In this document: piece after piece, positions 48,270 to 60,491 of the stretch
How the letters are laid out: each line of letters starts with the position of its first letter
Numbering within the stretch: the first letter of the stretch is position 1
Assembly: GCF_006345805.1 (NCBI RefSeq)
Contig: NW_021832559.1
Coordinates: 1-60,491 of the forward strand
Origin: Octopus sinensis
Taxonomy: Eukaryota
Direction: 5' to 3'
DNA: 60,491 nucleotides
Notes under the pieces: model-generated
Seen by the model: the letters and a program-made list of their open reading frames with translations, nothing else
Databases searched by the model: none
Told to the model about the DNA's origin: nothing
Made by a program: the position numbers and the translations under genes

Positions 48270-48757
48270 TCTAGTTGTGTGAGTGTCTGTCTCCTTCGAT
48301 TTAGATTCCTAACTCCTCCCACATTTTGCGGTGCAGTTTAACCAATTCGGGTATCTTATAGTCGTGATTCATATCGAGCCCGTCTGACTATTAGCGCGCG
48401 TCAACGATGAGTCTACGATTTTAAAAATAATTTAACATCATTTTTTATTCCATTTTAATGCATAAAATGCATCGTATGTCGATGGCGGCGGAGTTGGCGT
48501 CCACGCTCACAGCTGCACCTGTTTGTTTCTCCCCCTTCCCTCCCTCGTGAAGCTGTGGGGAAGGGAGTGTAAAGAAATCAACGTCGTAAGGCGTTGTGAA
48601 GGAAACCAGCGTTCTTTTAGAACAACGACTTCATGGCTTGAAGACACCAAAACAAAATGGCTAAGAAAGCCCGAATTTATAAGGGAAGTAACTCTCTAAA
48701 AATGCTTATATAGTTATTTCCCTTACAAACCCGAGCAACGCCGGGCGATACTGCTAG
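48262..48757 (+). mobile_element. Non-autonomous Helitron in a (TA)n tract
   Basis: 5' TATAAAACTCTAGTTGTGTGAGTGTCTGTC. 3' hairpin CCCG-AGCAACGC-CGGG (48730-48745), then CTAG (48754-48757) and T. The 5' boundary is uncertain within the (TA)n. Confidence 0.78.
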
Positions 48758-48759
48758 TA

Positions 48760-48804
<45 letters not shown>

Positions 48805-49174
48805 ATATATATCTACAGCTCTGAGCTGAAACTTTAAAAAAATGTATATATATATTATATATTTATATATACTTATATATACATACAGATAACCGAAGAG
48901 ATGGTGTTGTGGATTTGCACCTCGGCATCCGAGTTTTATCTTGGCTATTGAATAATTGTCACATATATATATATATACACACATGGGCCCCATTCGGGGA
49001 TCTGCTAAAAACAGTATCACTGCCAGTTGTTCGTTGTATTTAAAGTGAATTGCTTATGTACATTATTACATTTGAAGAGGTGTGTTTAACAATATTTCGT
49101 AGTTAAAGTTTGTCATTATTAGCTCTGACTAATTCTAGAGGACGTTTTATGTCATAAACTGCAATTTTTGAACT

Positions 49175-49429
49175 CTTTACTCGTTTACTTGTTTCAGTCA
49201 TTTGACTGTGGCCATGCTGGAGCACCGCCTTTAGTCGAGCAAATCGACCCCAGGATTTATTCTTTGTAAGCCTAGTACTTATTCGATCGGTTCTTTTGCC
49301 GAACCGCTAAGTTACGGGGACGTAAACACACCTGCATCGGTTGCCAAGCGATTTTGTGGGGGACAAACACAGACACACAAACATATACACACACGTACAC
49401 ACGTACACACACATATGTATATATATATA

Positions 49430-49486
<57 letters not shown>

Positions 49487-49535
49487 GCGTATATACGACG
49501 GGCTTCTTTCAGTTTCAGTCTACCAAATCCACTCA
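49175..49535 (-). mobile_element. SINE family B, 5'-truncated
   Basis: Tail and body are present, cut by a (GGT/GAT)n tract. Confidence 0.85.
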
Positions 49536-49539
49536 GTTG

Positions 49540-49850
49540 TGGTGGTCGTGGTCGTGGAAATGATGATCTTGCTGCTGTTGGTGGTGGTGGTGGTGGTGGT
49601 TATAGTTGTGGTGGTGGTGGTGGGGATGCTGTTCCTGCTGCTGATGATGATGATGAGGAAGGGGAGGAGGAGGATGTTGATGATGACAATGGTGGTGGTG
49701 GTGGTCGTCGTCGTCTGGTCATGGAAATGATGACAATGATGTTGATGGTGAGGAGGAGGAGGATGTTGAGAATGATGATGACGATGGTGGTGGTGGTGGT
49801 GGTGATGGTAGTGGCGACGTCGATGATGATGGCGACGACGACGATGATTA
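49540..49850. repeat. (GGT)n/(GAT)n/(GAG)n microsatellite
   Basis: Direct reading. Confidence 0.95.
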
Positions 49851-50625
49851 GAGAAGAAGGAGTAGATTTAAGATTCTTATCTGAAAATAAATAAACAAAC
49901 AAATAAATAAATAAAAATCATAACAATAAAAACAAAACCAACAAAAAGAATTTCCATTCCAGTCTAAAATATATACCTCCACTTAATCTTCTATTTTCAT
50001 CTGGCTATTTTTTAAATTTTTACCTGTAATCGGCTTATCTTTTCAACAAGTGTTTCTCCTAATAAATCTACCTCCACTTGACTATCTGTGCAGAGGTGAG
50101 AAGTCACCACAGTCGAAACAGCTTCTAAGACACAAACGACAACTCAACAATGCATGCAAGCTTATTATTGGATAATTGGTGGATCCCGGTATTTCCTATT
50201 AAATCTCCTGTGGAGAGAGTATAATGTATGTGCAAGAACTTGTGTTGTTGGTGTTGCTGTTGTGGTAGCTTTTGTTGTTGTTTGGCCAGGTTAACCCTGA
50301 TCCCACAGAATTACAATGGAAAGAGTTTAAGCTGTGACGATCCCACATAGTTTTCATAGTTTAGCACAGACTACATTATCCAATGTGATCGCTACCTTAT
50401 GTTTTAAGACGGTAGAGAATGATTTTAACAGCTACTTTTCGCAGGTCGAAAGAAGACGTAGAGATCTTCTTCGTGAATCTACTGTCGAGAGCATCTGCCT
50501 GTCTATCCGGTTGGACGACTTGGCTGGACCAATACAACTCTTCCATGCCAGATTTCCTGGTCTTCTGTAGCTGTTTTCATATCCTCAGTCCAATATCCAT
50601 TGCCTTCCACAAGTTGATTGATATA

Positions 50626-51032
50626 TTATTTCTTTATTGCCCACAAGGGGCTAAACACAGAGGGGACAAACAAGGACAGACAAAGGGATTAAGTCGATTA
50701 CATCGACCCCAGTGCGTAACTGGTACTTATTTAATCGACCCCGAAAGGATGAAAGGCAAAGTCGAATTTGAACTCAGAACGTAACGGCAGACGAAATATC
50801 TATTTCTTTACCACCCACAAGGGGCTAAACACAGAGGGGACAAACAAGGACAGACAAAGGGATTTAGTCGATTACATCGACCCCAGTGTACAACTGGTGT
50901 TTAATTTATCGACCCCGAAAGGATGAAAGGCAAAGTCGACCTCGGCAGAATTTGAACTCAGAACGTATCGGTAGACGAAATACCGCTTAGCATTTCACCC
51001 GGCGCGCTAACGATTCTGCCAGCTCGCCGCCT
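50626..51032 (-). mobile_element. SINE family A, two modules
   Basis: Family motifs are recognisable. Confidence 0.9.
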
Positions 51033-51059
51033 TATTGATTGTAAGTGGATTTGGTAGAC

Positions 51060-51600
51060 GGAGCATATATCAAGTTGACTGATATATGCTCTTCTTGGTT
51101 TGCCGATGTCTACATCTCCAATCATAGGTTTCCAAAGAAGGGGATTACTGGCTATTTTCTCCGAGCTTCTCCAGTATATTGTTTGTTCCTTCTCGAGCCA
51201 TGCTTGGCTCATAAGGGCCGGCTTCCCGGTTTCCTTGGCGTATAGATTCCCCATCTGGACTGGACGCCGGTCCGTCACAGGTGAGCTGCAAGATGCAAGA
51301 GGAAAGAGTGAGAGAAAGTTGTGGCTAAAGAGTCAGCAGAAGTTCGCCATTACCTTCTGCCGGAGCTGCGTGGAGCTTAGGTGTTGCGCTCATAACCACA
51401 CACATCGCCCGGTCTGAGATTCGAATCTGCGATCCCTCGACCGCGAGTCCGCTGCTCTAACTACTAGGCCAAGTGCCTCCACCGCTTCTCCAGTAGTGTC
51501 ATGCATAACATGTTCTTCTTTCACTGATTACCAAAGTGACGATAGGAATACTACTATACAGTCACCGCATTGCAGGGCTGCTACCAGCGATGACTAAGAA
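51060..51600 (-). mobile_element. RTE-clade LINE fragment interrupted by SINE-C (tail 2)
   Basis: After removing 51177-51483 the minus strand reads LYSSIPIVTLVISERRTCYA*HYWRSSEKIASNPLLWKPMIGDVDIGKPRRAYISQL, resembling RTE-type ORF2 C-termini (AGHC.R...LLW.P.......GRP...Y). Confidence 0.7.
51177..51483 (-). mobile_element. SINE family C with tail 2
   Basis: TSD GCTTCTCCAGTA at 51165-51176 and 51484-51495. Confidence 0.9.
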
Positions 51601-51700
51601 GCGCGCGAAGCCTTCTCGTAAAGAGCATATGCGCGAACGAAGTTCTGTTGTTTAATCCTAGGTCAACCACGACCTGGAAGACAGAACTATAATCAAAAGT

Positions 51701-51850
51701 ACATTATTTACATTATTTACATTTGACGGATATTTTTTCCTCATCTTGTTTGTTGTTAACACAACGTTTCGGCTTATTTACCCTCCAGCCTTCATCAAGT
51801 GTCTTGGGGAAATTTCGAACCTGGGTTCTCATTTTTAAGGTATTTTTCGA

Positions 51851-51855
<5 letters not shown>
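51701..51855 (-). mobile_element. Headless inverted copy of the SINE-E tail with a hammerhead variant
   Basis: Inverse complement of about 52006-52160. The hammerhead at 51758-51803 has core TTGATGA. Confidence 0.8.
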
Positions 51856-51908
<53 letters not shown>

Positions 51909-51914
51909 GAGGCA

Positions 51915-52188
51915 GGGCATATGGCCGTAGTGGTTAAGAGCGCAGGCTACCAACCCCAAGATTCCGAGTTTGATTCCAGGCAATGACTTGAATAATAATA
52001 ATGATAATAACATCGAAAAAATACCTTAGGACTGAGAACCCAGGTTCGAAATTTTCCCAAGACACCTGATGAAGGCATGAGGGTATATCAGCCGAAACGT
52101 TGTGTTAACAACAAACAAAATGAGGACAAATATCCGTCAAATGTAAATAATGTAAATAATTCCTCAGCTCTTAAATATAGAACTGTAT
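51915..52188 (+). mobile_element. SINE family E: tRNA-like Pol III head, (AAT)n, and a Penelope-like tail with a hammerhead
   Basis: A-box TGGCCGTAGTGG at 51922-51933, B-box-like GAGTTTGATTCC at about 51966-51977, hammerhead at 52061-52106. Confidence 0.75.
52061..52106 (+). ncRNA. Minimal type I hammerhead ribozyme motif
   Basis: GACAC-CTGATGA-A-GGC(A)TG agggtatat CAGCC-GAA-ACGT-T-GTGTT: 5-bp stem I, stem II, palindromic stem III, GUU site. Confidence 0.72.
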
Positions 52189-52379
52189 AACCCAAAGTGT
52201 TCCAGATGTGACTATCCTACCTTGCTTTATTTCCCTTGCGTTCATATCTAGGATTACCATGATGCAATGGGTCTTTCCATTTTCGAAATATTAGGCTGTG
52301 ATTTAAAATAGATTTGATTGTTATTTCTAGCGACTCTCGACAGTCCCTCTTTAGCCTGCATTCGCAAATATTTTGATAA

Positions 52380-52950
52380 GGTGCAAGTATGGCTGTGTGG
52401 TTAGGAATCTTGCTTTGCAATCCCGGGGCTTTGGGTTCAGTTCCACTACGTGGCATCTTGGACAAATGTCTTCTATTATGAGCCCGGCTCGACTAATGCA
52501 CCGAAAGTGGACCTAGTTGGCGGAAACTGTATAGAAGCTTGTCGTATCTATATTCATATATACATACATGTAGTTGTATCTGTCTTTCTGTGTTTTTTTT
52601 TGTGTGTGTATGTGTGTGTATGTATATGTATGTGAATGTGTGTGTGCATGTGTGTTTTGTGTGTGTGTATGTATGTGTGTATGTGTGTGTATGTGTGTGT
52701 GTGTGTTTTGTGTGTTCGTATATGTGTGTATGTGTGTGTATATGTGCATGTGCCTATATCTGTGACCCCGCCGCTTGACAACTGGTTTTAGTTTGTTTAC
52801 ACCCGCATAGCCTAGCGGTTCGGCAAAAGAGCCGGAGAAAATAAGGACCAGATTTAAAATGATAAGTCCCGGGATCTACGAGTTCGACTAAACCCATTAA
52901 GGTAGCGCCCCAGCACGGCCATAGTCCAATGACTGAAACAAATAAAAAGT
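52380..52950 (+). mobile_element. Diverged SINE family B
   Basis: Head, (TG)n and tail are recognisable. Confidence 0.75.
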
Positions 52951-54700
52951 AAAGCGTAACTGGTCAAGCGCCATGTGGAAAAGTAAGCTACCCACGAGTC
53001 TAAAAGTAGGAAACTGGTAGCGAATCAGTGAAATTACTAAATATGAAAAGGTGGGGAGGAATTTGACATTTTGGAGCTTGACCTCTCGTCTGAAAAAGAA
53101 CTTTTTTCTCTCATGCCTCAGATTGCTCTCAACTTCAGCACATACGAACAGATTTGAACTCATGAGATTCCAGTTTATATGTCTTGAGTTTAAAAAAAAC
53201 ACTCTTTGTGTTTCGTTGCATTTTATTTCAGATTGACTCGATTCACCAAGTTCAGGAATGGACAACTTTTTCGAGAAGTGGGCCGCATGGGACATGGCTC
53301 ATCATTAGGCCAACTGCATCACTAAACAAATTTTTTCAATTTTTTTATGAGGTGTGCCATTCAGAAAGTCACGTGGGCCGCAGTTTGCTCATTACGGACG
53401 AGACTGTCGTTATTACTAAAACTTACCTGAACAATTTTGGTTTAGCCGTCGACCTTTTCGAAATATTTCGTCACTGGGATTGGCGGATTTTCTTGATTAT
53501 AGACTACGCATAATGATTGATATTTATCCATCACTAGAGAAACATATTTTTCGCCTGCGAATAGTTTCAAGTACGTAACTGGTACTTATTTAATCGACCC
53601 CGAAAGGATGAACTGCAAAGTCGACTTCTGCGGAATTTGAACTCAGAACGTAACGGCAGACGAAATACAACCACTAGGCCATGTGCCTCCATTATTATTA
53701 TAGTATTGTATACAAATTATATAATATTATATTAAATATCAAATGAGTCATGATATATGTAAATCAGTAAAATATAAAATATTTATTTATACACAAAAAT
53801 GGGGGTAGGGGCATTGAGGGTATTATGTGGCCATGAGGGGGCGGGTTCCTAAAAAGAACCTTTGATATATGCTGTAGCGGACGATGCAAAAGTTATTCGA
53901 CAGTGTGCAGGTGTGGTCGCCATATGTCAGGTGTTTATCCCAATGGTGCGTTTCTTTGACAGAGCTGCAGTCCCAGACCAAGTGGAAACTTAAAATTAGC
54001 GCGTGGAATGTTGTTACACGTTCGCATTTCACTACAAGTCGAATAATGTGTTCGCGAGTTCGCAGCCGTAAAACTCTATGGAGAATAAGCACTGGGCAAG
54101 GACGACATGGATTCTATTTTTTTTTTTTTTTCTAATTTAATTTCCTGGCTGAATATAAACCAAGAAAAAGACGACCATCGGATGGATAGCTACCCACGTT
54201 TGAAATATCATTTATGGCGAGTTTTATGCATTTTTTATTCATTTATTCATCTTTAACAGGGGCTAGGTTTGTTCACAGGTGGATATTGATGGAAATTTTA
54301 CTACCATCGAAACCTTTCTTTTTTTTTTTTTTTAAAGAAAGAAAAGTTTTAACGATCGCACCAATAAATCATCACGATCAAATGAACAATCAGTTCTGGC
54401 GAACTTTCATCTTGTTGACCATGGAACGATTTCCAGAAGACCTTAGCCTGAGAGTCATAGCGGAGTACATCATCAATTAAGGATAAAATCTATAGGTAGA
54501 GAAGAGCTTGTCCAGATGCACGCAGAACAACGGAAACGGTTATTCAGTAAGCGTTTATTCAGTTACGAGCATTTTTGAATTGAAGAAATTATATTGTCTG
54601 CATTATAAAAATCCTTTCGCCGCCTTCTTTGTCGGGGAAGGGCAGACGATTTTCCTCAAGTGGCTAAAGCGAAAGAGATTGCATGGTAGAGACAATTGAA

Positions 54701-56112
54701 GGTGAGCTGGCAGAAACGTTAGCACGCCGGACGAAATGCATAGCGGTATTTCGTTTGCCGCTACGTTCTGAGTTCAAATTCAGCCGAGGTCGACTTTGCC
54801 TTTCATCCTTTCGGGGTCGATAAATTAAGTACCAGTTACGCACTGGGGTCGATGTAATCGACTTAATACCTATGTCTGTCCTTGTTCGACCCCTCTATGT
54901 TTAGCCCCTTATGGGTAATAAAGAAATAAGTATTTCGTCTGCCGCTACATTCTGAGTTCAGATTCCGCCGAGGTCGACATTGCCTTTCATCCTTTCGGCA
55001 TCGATTAAATAAGTACCAGTTACGCACTGGGGTCGATATAATCGACTTAATCCGTTTGTCTGTCCTTGCTTCTCCTCTCTGTGTTTATGCCCTTGTGAGT
55101 AGTAAAGAAATAGAAATAGGTATTTCGTCTGCCGCTACGTTCTGAGTTCAAATTCCGCCGAGGTCGACTTTGGCTTTCATCCTTTCGGGGTCGATTATGT
55201 GTTTAGCCCCTTGTGGGTAGTAAAGAAATAGGTATTTCGTCTGCCGCTACGCTCTGAGTTCAAATTCCGCCGAGGTCGACTTTGCCTTTCATCCTTTCGG
55301 GGTCGATTATGTGTTTAGCCCCTTGGGTAGTAAAGAAATAGGTATTCGTCTGCCGCTACGCTCTGAGTTCAAATTCCGCCGAGGTCGACTTTGGCTTTCA
55401 TCCTTTCGGGGTCGATTATGTGTTTAGCCCCTTGTGGGTAGTAAAGAAATAGGTATTTCGTCTGCCGCTACGCTCTGAGTTCAAATTCCGCCGAGGTCGA
55501 CTTTGGCTTTCATCCTTTCGGGGTCGATTATGTGTTTAGCCCCTTGTGGGTAGTAAAGAAATAGGTATTTCGTCTGCCGCTACGCTCTGAGTTCAAATTC
55601 CGCCGAGGTCGACTTTGCCTTTCATCCTTTCGGGGTCGATAAATTAAGTACCAGTTACGCACTGGGGTCGATGTATTCGACTTTATCCATTTGTCTGTCC
55701 TTGTTTGTCCCCTCTGTGTTTAGCCCCTTGTGGGTAGTAAAGAAATAGGTATTTCGTCTGCCGGTACGCTCTGAGTTCAAATTCCGCCGAGGTCGACTTT
55801 GCCTTTCATCCTTTGGGGTCGATAAATAAGTACCAGTTACGCACTGGGGTCGATGTATTCGACTTTATCCATTTGTCTGTCCTTGTTTGTCCCTCTGTGT
55901 TTAGCCCCTTGTGGGTAGTAAAGAAATAGGTATTTCGTCTGCCGCTACGCTCTGAGTTCAAATTCCGCCGAGGTCGACTTTGCCTTTCATCCTTTCGGGG
56001 TCGATAAATTAAGTACCAGTTACGCACTGGGGTCGATGTATTCGACTTTATCCATTTGTCTGTCCTTGTTTGTCCCCTCTGTGTTCAGCCCCTTGTGGGT
56101 AGTAAAGAAATA
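54701..56112 (+). mobile_element. SINE-A multimer (head plus 9 modules) inside one 13-bp TSD
   Basis: TSD AGAGACAATTGAA at 54688-54700 and 56113-56125. Structure is 2 full, 4 short (about 112 bp) and 3 full modules. Confidence 0.93.
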
Positions 56113-56490
56113 AGAGACAATTGAAAGGACTGGAAACAGAAGCTTTCCTATTCGGCCAAACTCTTAGCAAATACTTCAGGGACGATACAGAGTGTAAGAA
56201 GAGAGTGGATTGGAAGGTTCTGTCTTCCTGTTGTAAATCTAATAAATGGATGGTGAAAATTGGCGAGTATGACTTGAGTAAATGACCTAACTCTCAGAAC
56301 GCGAATGTTACCAGAGAGCTACAACTGTAGTGGGTACTTACTTTTGTGAGGGTACTTTTAGATCACAGGGGGTACCTTGATCAAACAAGGATGACGATTC
56401 TCCTCTCAGAGAAATTACAAAATTTTGTATAACGTGTATACTTTTAATTTTCATTTTACTCAATATCAACGCATCCGCCATTTTTGGTAA

Positions 56491-57088
56491 CCTATTTCTT
56501 TAGTACCCACAAGGGACTACACACAGAGGGGACAAACAAGGACAGACAAATGGATTAAGTCGATTATATCGACCCCAGTGCGTAACTGGTACTTATTTAA
56601 TCGACCCTGAAAGGACGAAAGGCAAAGTCGACCTCGGTGGAATTTGAACTCAGAACGTAACGGCAGGCGAAATACCTATTTCTTTACTACCCACAAGGGG
56701 CTAAACACAGAGGGGACAAACAAGGACAGACAAATGGATTAAGTCGATTATATCGACCCCAGTGCGTACTGGTACTATTTAATCGACCCTGAAAGGACAA
56801 AGGCAAAGTCGACCTCGGTGGAATTTGAACTCAGAACGTAACGGCAGGCGAAATACCTATTTCTTTACTACCCACAAGGGGCTAAACACAGAGGGGACAA
56901 ACAAGGACAGACAAATGGATTAAGTCGATTATATCGACCCCAGTGCGTAACTGGTACTTATTTAATCGACCCCGAAAGGATGAAAGGCAAAGTCGACCTC
57001 GGCGGAATTTGAACTCAGAACGCAGCGGCGGACGAACTACCACAAAGCATTTCGCCCGGCGTGCTAAAGTTTCTGCCCGCTCGCCGCC
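56491..57088 (-). mobile_element. SINE-A multimer, three modules
   Basis: Near-identical modules of about 183 bp, head at 57088. Confidence 0.92.
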
Positions 57089-57704
57089 ATATTTTTTTTG
57101 TAACCTGTCCCCGTATTGTCCCTTCGTCCGTTGCCCTTGTGGCAATTATAAAATAAAAATTATTATTGTTATTATTAAGTTGTCTTGTCCATGCTTTTTT
57201 TGTTGTTGTTGGTTTGTTTCCTTCTATTTTTGTTTGTTTGTTAGAGTAACTTCAGTGTCAGTTGATACCTTTATTATGAATTGCCAATAACATTAAACCT
57301 GCAATGAATCTATTATAGAAAGACACTTCAAAGCGACAATCATAACACGATAACAATACCGCTTCACCAGTGAAAGACATTTAAGCCCGCACACGTACAC
57401 TGACACAAACACACACAGAGTCATACTCATATGTAGACACACGTCACACATATGCGTACCTCACACGCGTGTGTGAATGTATATATGTGTATATATGTAA
57501 ATATATATATATATAAATGTATACACACACACACACACACGCATACATACATGCATGTGTATGTATATATATATATATATATATATTATATAATATAATA
57601 TTTATACCTATGCATATATACGTGTAGGTAAATATATGAATGAATATAGTATATATATATACATGTATAACATATATATATATGTAATATATATATAAAA
57701 TATG

Positions 57705-57740
<36 letters not shown>

Positions 57741-57842
57741 ATATATATACATACATATATATATATGCGTGTGTGTGTATATATTTATACCTATGCATAC
57801 GTGTAGGTAATATATGAATGAATACATGTTGTGTGTATAATC

Positions 57843-57884
<42 letters not shown>

Positions 57885-57960
57885 GATATATTATATAGAT
57901 ATATTATATATGTGTGTTTGTGTATGTGTGTCTGTATATACATTTTGCATGTATATATTG

Positions 57961-58019
<59 letters not shown>

Positions 58020-58329
58020 GTGGTGTGTGTGTGTGTGTGAATGTATCTCCGCTTATTGGTGCAATCGTTAAAGTTATTTTTCAAAAAAAGAAAGGTTTTC
58101 GATGGCAGTAAAATCTCCATGAATGTCCACCTGTGAACAAGCCTGGCCACTGTTAAAGACGAATAAATGAATAAAAAATGCATAAAAGCCGCCATAAATG
58201 TTATTTCAAACGTGGACATCCATCCGTCCGACGGACGTCCTTTTCTTGGTTACATTCCGCCAGGAAATTAAATTAAAAATAAAAAATAATCATGGTCAGT
58301 TGAGGTGTTCATCTTACACACACAAACAC

Positions 58330-59100
58330 ACACACACACACAACCGATCTATATAAACATACACAGACGCACACATCGATCTATACAAACACACACGTAC
58401 ACACACACCGATCTATACAAACACACACACACACATACAAACTCGCACACATCGATCTATACAAATACATACACACACACGCACCGATCTATACAAACAC
58501 GCAGACATCGATCTATTCAAACACACAGACTCACACGCACGCACACACACATAGGCACACGCACATATCGATCTATACAAACACACAGACTCACACACAC
58601 AGACGCACACACAAACACACACACGCACACATCAATCTATTCAAACACACAGACTCACACACACACACAGGCACACACCGATCTATACAAACACACACAG
58701 ACGCACGCACACACACACACACACACACCAATCTATACAAACACACACAGACACACGCACACACGCATACACACATACACGTACATACCGATCTATACAA
58801 AAACACATACACACAAACACGCACATATCGATCTATTCAAACACACACAGACACACACATACACACTCAGACACACACACACACACGTATCTATACAAAC
58901 ACACACACACACACATCGATCTATACAAACACACAGAGACGCACACACACACACACGCACACACGCACACACCGATCTATACAAGTACACACACACACGC
59001 ACACATCGATCTATTCAAACACGCACAGACACACACACATACACACACACGCACACACATACACACGCACACATCGATCTATACAAACACACGTACAGAT
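58330..59100 (+). repeat. Irregular minisatellite: (A/C)CGATCTAT(A/T)CAAA cores separated by (CA)n
   Basis: The core CGATCTATACAAA or a close variant recurs many times with variable CA spacers. Confidence 0.9.
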
Positions 59101-59529
59101 TCATATACATACACATATAGCACATGTATCTAACCTATATATGTGTGCGTATATGAGTGCATCTCTGTGTATGTATATATGTGCGTGTGTTAGTTCGTGG
59201 GTGTGTGTGTGGATGTGGGTGTGTGTGTGCGTGTGTTTGTGTCTATCTGTATGTGTGTGTGTAAGTGTGTGTGCGTATATGTATCTGTGTCTATCTGTAT
59301 GTGTGTGTATACATATATATGTGTGTGTTTGTATGTATGTGAATGTGTGTGTACGTGTGTATGCATGTGTGCATGTGTGTGTGTTTGTATGTGTGTATAT
59401 GTGTGTGTCTGTATGTGTGTATGTGCGTGTATATATGTGTGTGTGTATGTGTGTGTGTGTGCGCGTGTATATGCGTTTTGAATCTGTGTGTGTGCGTGTG
59501 TATGTGTATGCGCGCGCGCGTGTGTGTGA

Positions 59530-59760
59530 AAGCGCGTGGTTTAGTGGTTAGGGTATTCTGCTGACGATCGTAAGGTCGCCAGTTCGATTCCCGGCGGCGC
59601 ATTGCGTTCCCTTGATCAAAACACTCACCTGGCAAAAAATCAGTAGTACGTGCATTTTAAAGGACCAGCCTTGTCCCATTTTATGTCTCACTGAGAACTA
59701 TATTAAGGGTTCGCGTGTTTGGAGTACTCAACCACTTGCGCGTTTATTTCATGAGACAAA
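59530..59760 (+). mobile_element. SINE family D, degenerate
   Basis: Head GCGCGTGGTTTAGTGGTTAGGG...GTTCGATTCCC and partial tail 1. Confidence 0.7.
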
Positions 59761-59926
59761 AGTGACTGAATGGTCAAAATGAATGTCCACAATCGCGAGT
59801 TACCAGGTTCAGTCCCACGCCGTGACTTCTTGCGCAGATCTCATTTATCTTAGCATCGTTTCAATCCAAACTGTTTTGAACAAAATTAGGTTGGGGAAAC
59901 TGTGCAGAAGCCTGAAAAATATACTG

Positions 59927-60344
59927 GGATCTTTTCAGTTTGACCGGCAGTTTTTTCTAGCGGTGTCATATGAAATTGTCACCCATAATTATGACCCTAG
60001 TATCGATCTATTGCATTTCAATCTATTTTAGGGTTAGGGTTAGTTAGGGTGGGGGGAAGGGTCTCTTTTTTCTTCACAAATGTAAATAAACCCAATCTGT
60101 TTCTTAAGCGAGGGACATATTCATACGGCACAGAATGTTGTTTACCTCAATGGACGTCAGTGATTGGTTGAAATTGCAGAAATTGACGAAAAAAACGACA
60201 AATATCTTACAAACTATAGAATTTTCTCAATAAAGCCAAGAGAAAAAGATGTTTTATAAACACATTCTACCAGTATACGAAGTTTAAAATTTTTTAGTTA
60301 CTTAGAAATTATGTTAAAAACTGCCGTTCAAACCGAAAAGATCC
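59927..60344. mobile_element. GGATC-terminal MITE (same family as 23481, opposite orientation)
   Basis: Perfect 8-bp TSD ATATACTG at 59919-59926 and 60345-60352. TTAGGG repeats at 60028-60049. Confidence 0.9.
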
Positions 60345-60491
60345 ATATACTGTACTTGTAATTATGATGTTCAGTCTTATTTCACACTATCACTAATTCT
60401 GTTTGGGTATTACATTAAAGGTGCTAACATCTACGGAATATTCAACCGCTTAAACGTTAATTCAAACGGTAGTAAGATTCAGTTGAACGGG

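Noticed and set aside
52975-54690. Possible decayed transposase region
   Set aside because: I found no convincing DDE or other motif in any frame; it needs a tBLASTx search.

Overview
AT-rich, repeat-saturated animal genomic DNA. The SINE families, microsatellites and R4/Dong and RTE relics look like an Octopus (coleoid cephalopod) genome, but this is inferred from repeat content only. I found no intact protein-coding gene; almost all long ORFs in the track are microsatellite translations. Main content: (1) a tandemly amplified tRNA-Ala cluster at 3.1-23.3 kb with 11 intact genes (8 AGC, 3 TGC) and 8 pseudogenes or fragments; (2) dozens of tRNA-derived SINEs (working labels A, B, C, D, E), including multimeric SINE-A arrays and SINEs with exchanged heads and tails; (3) decayed LINEs, namely two R4/Dong elements abutting (TAA)n, two RTE-clade fragments and a possible Gypsy fragment; (4) non-autonomous DNA elements, namely GG-terminal Merlin-like MITEs with 8- or 9-bp TSDs (some carrying TTAGGG tracts), mariner and hAT MITEs, and two Helitrons; (5) four minimal type-I hammerhead ribozyme motifs in two Penelope-like repeat families, one of them fused to a tRNA-like Pol III head; (6) two inverted local duplications of apparently unique sequence. 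All matches were made by eye and none was confirmed by database search. SINE and microsatellite boundaries are approximate.
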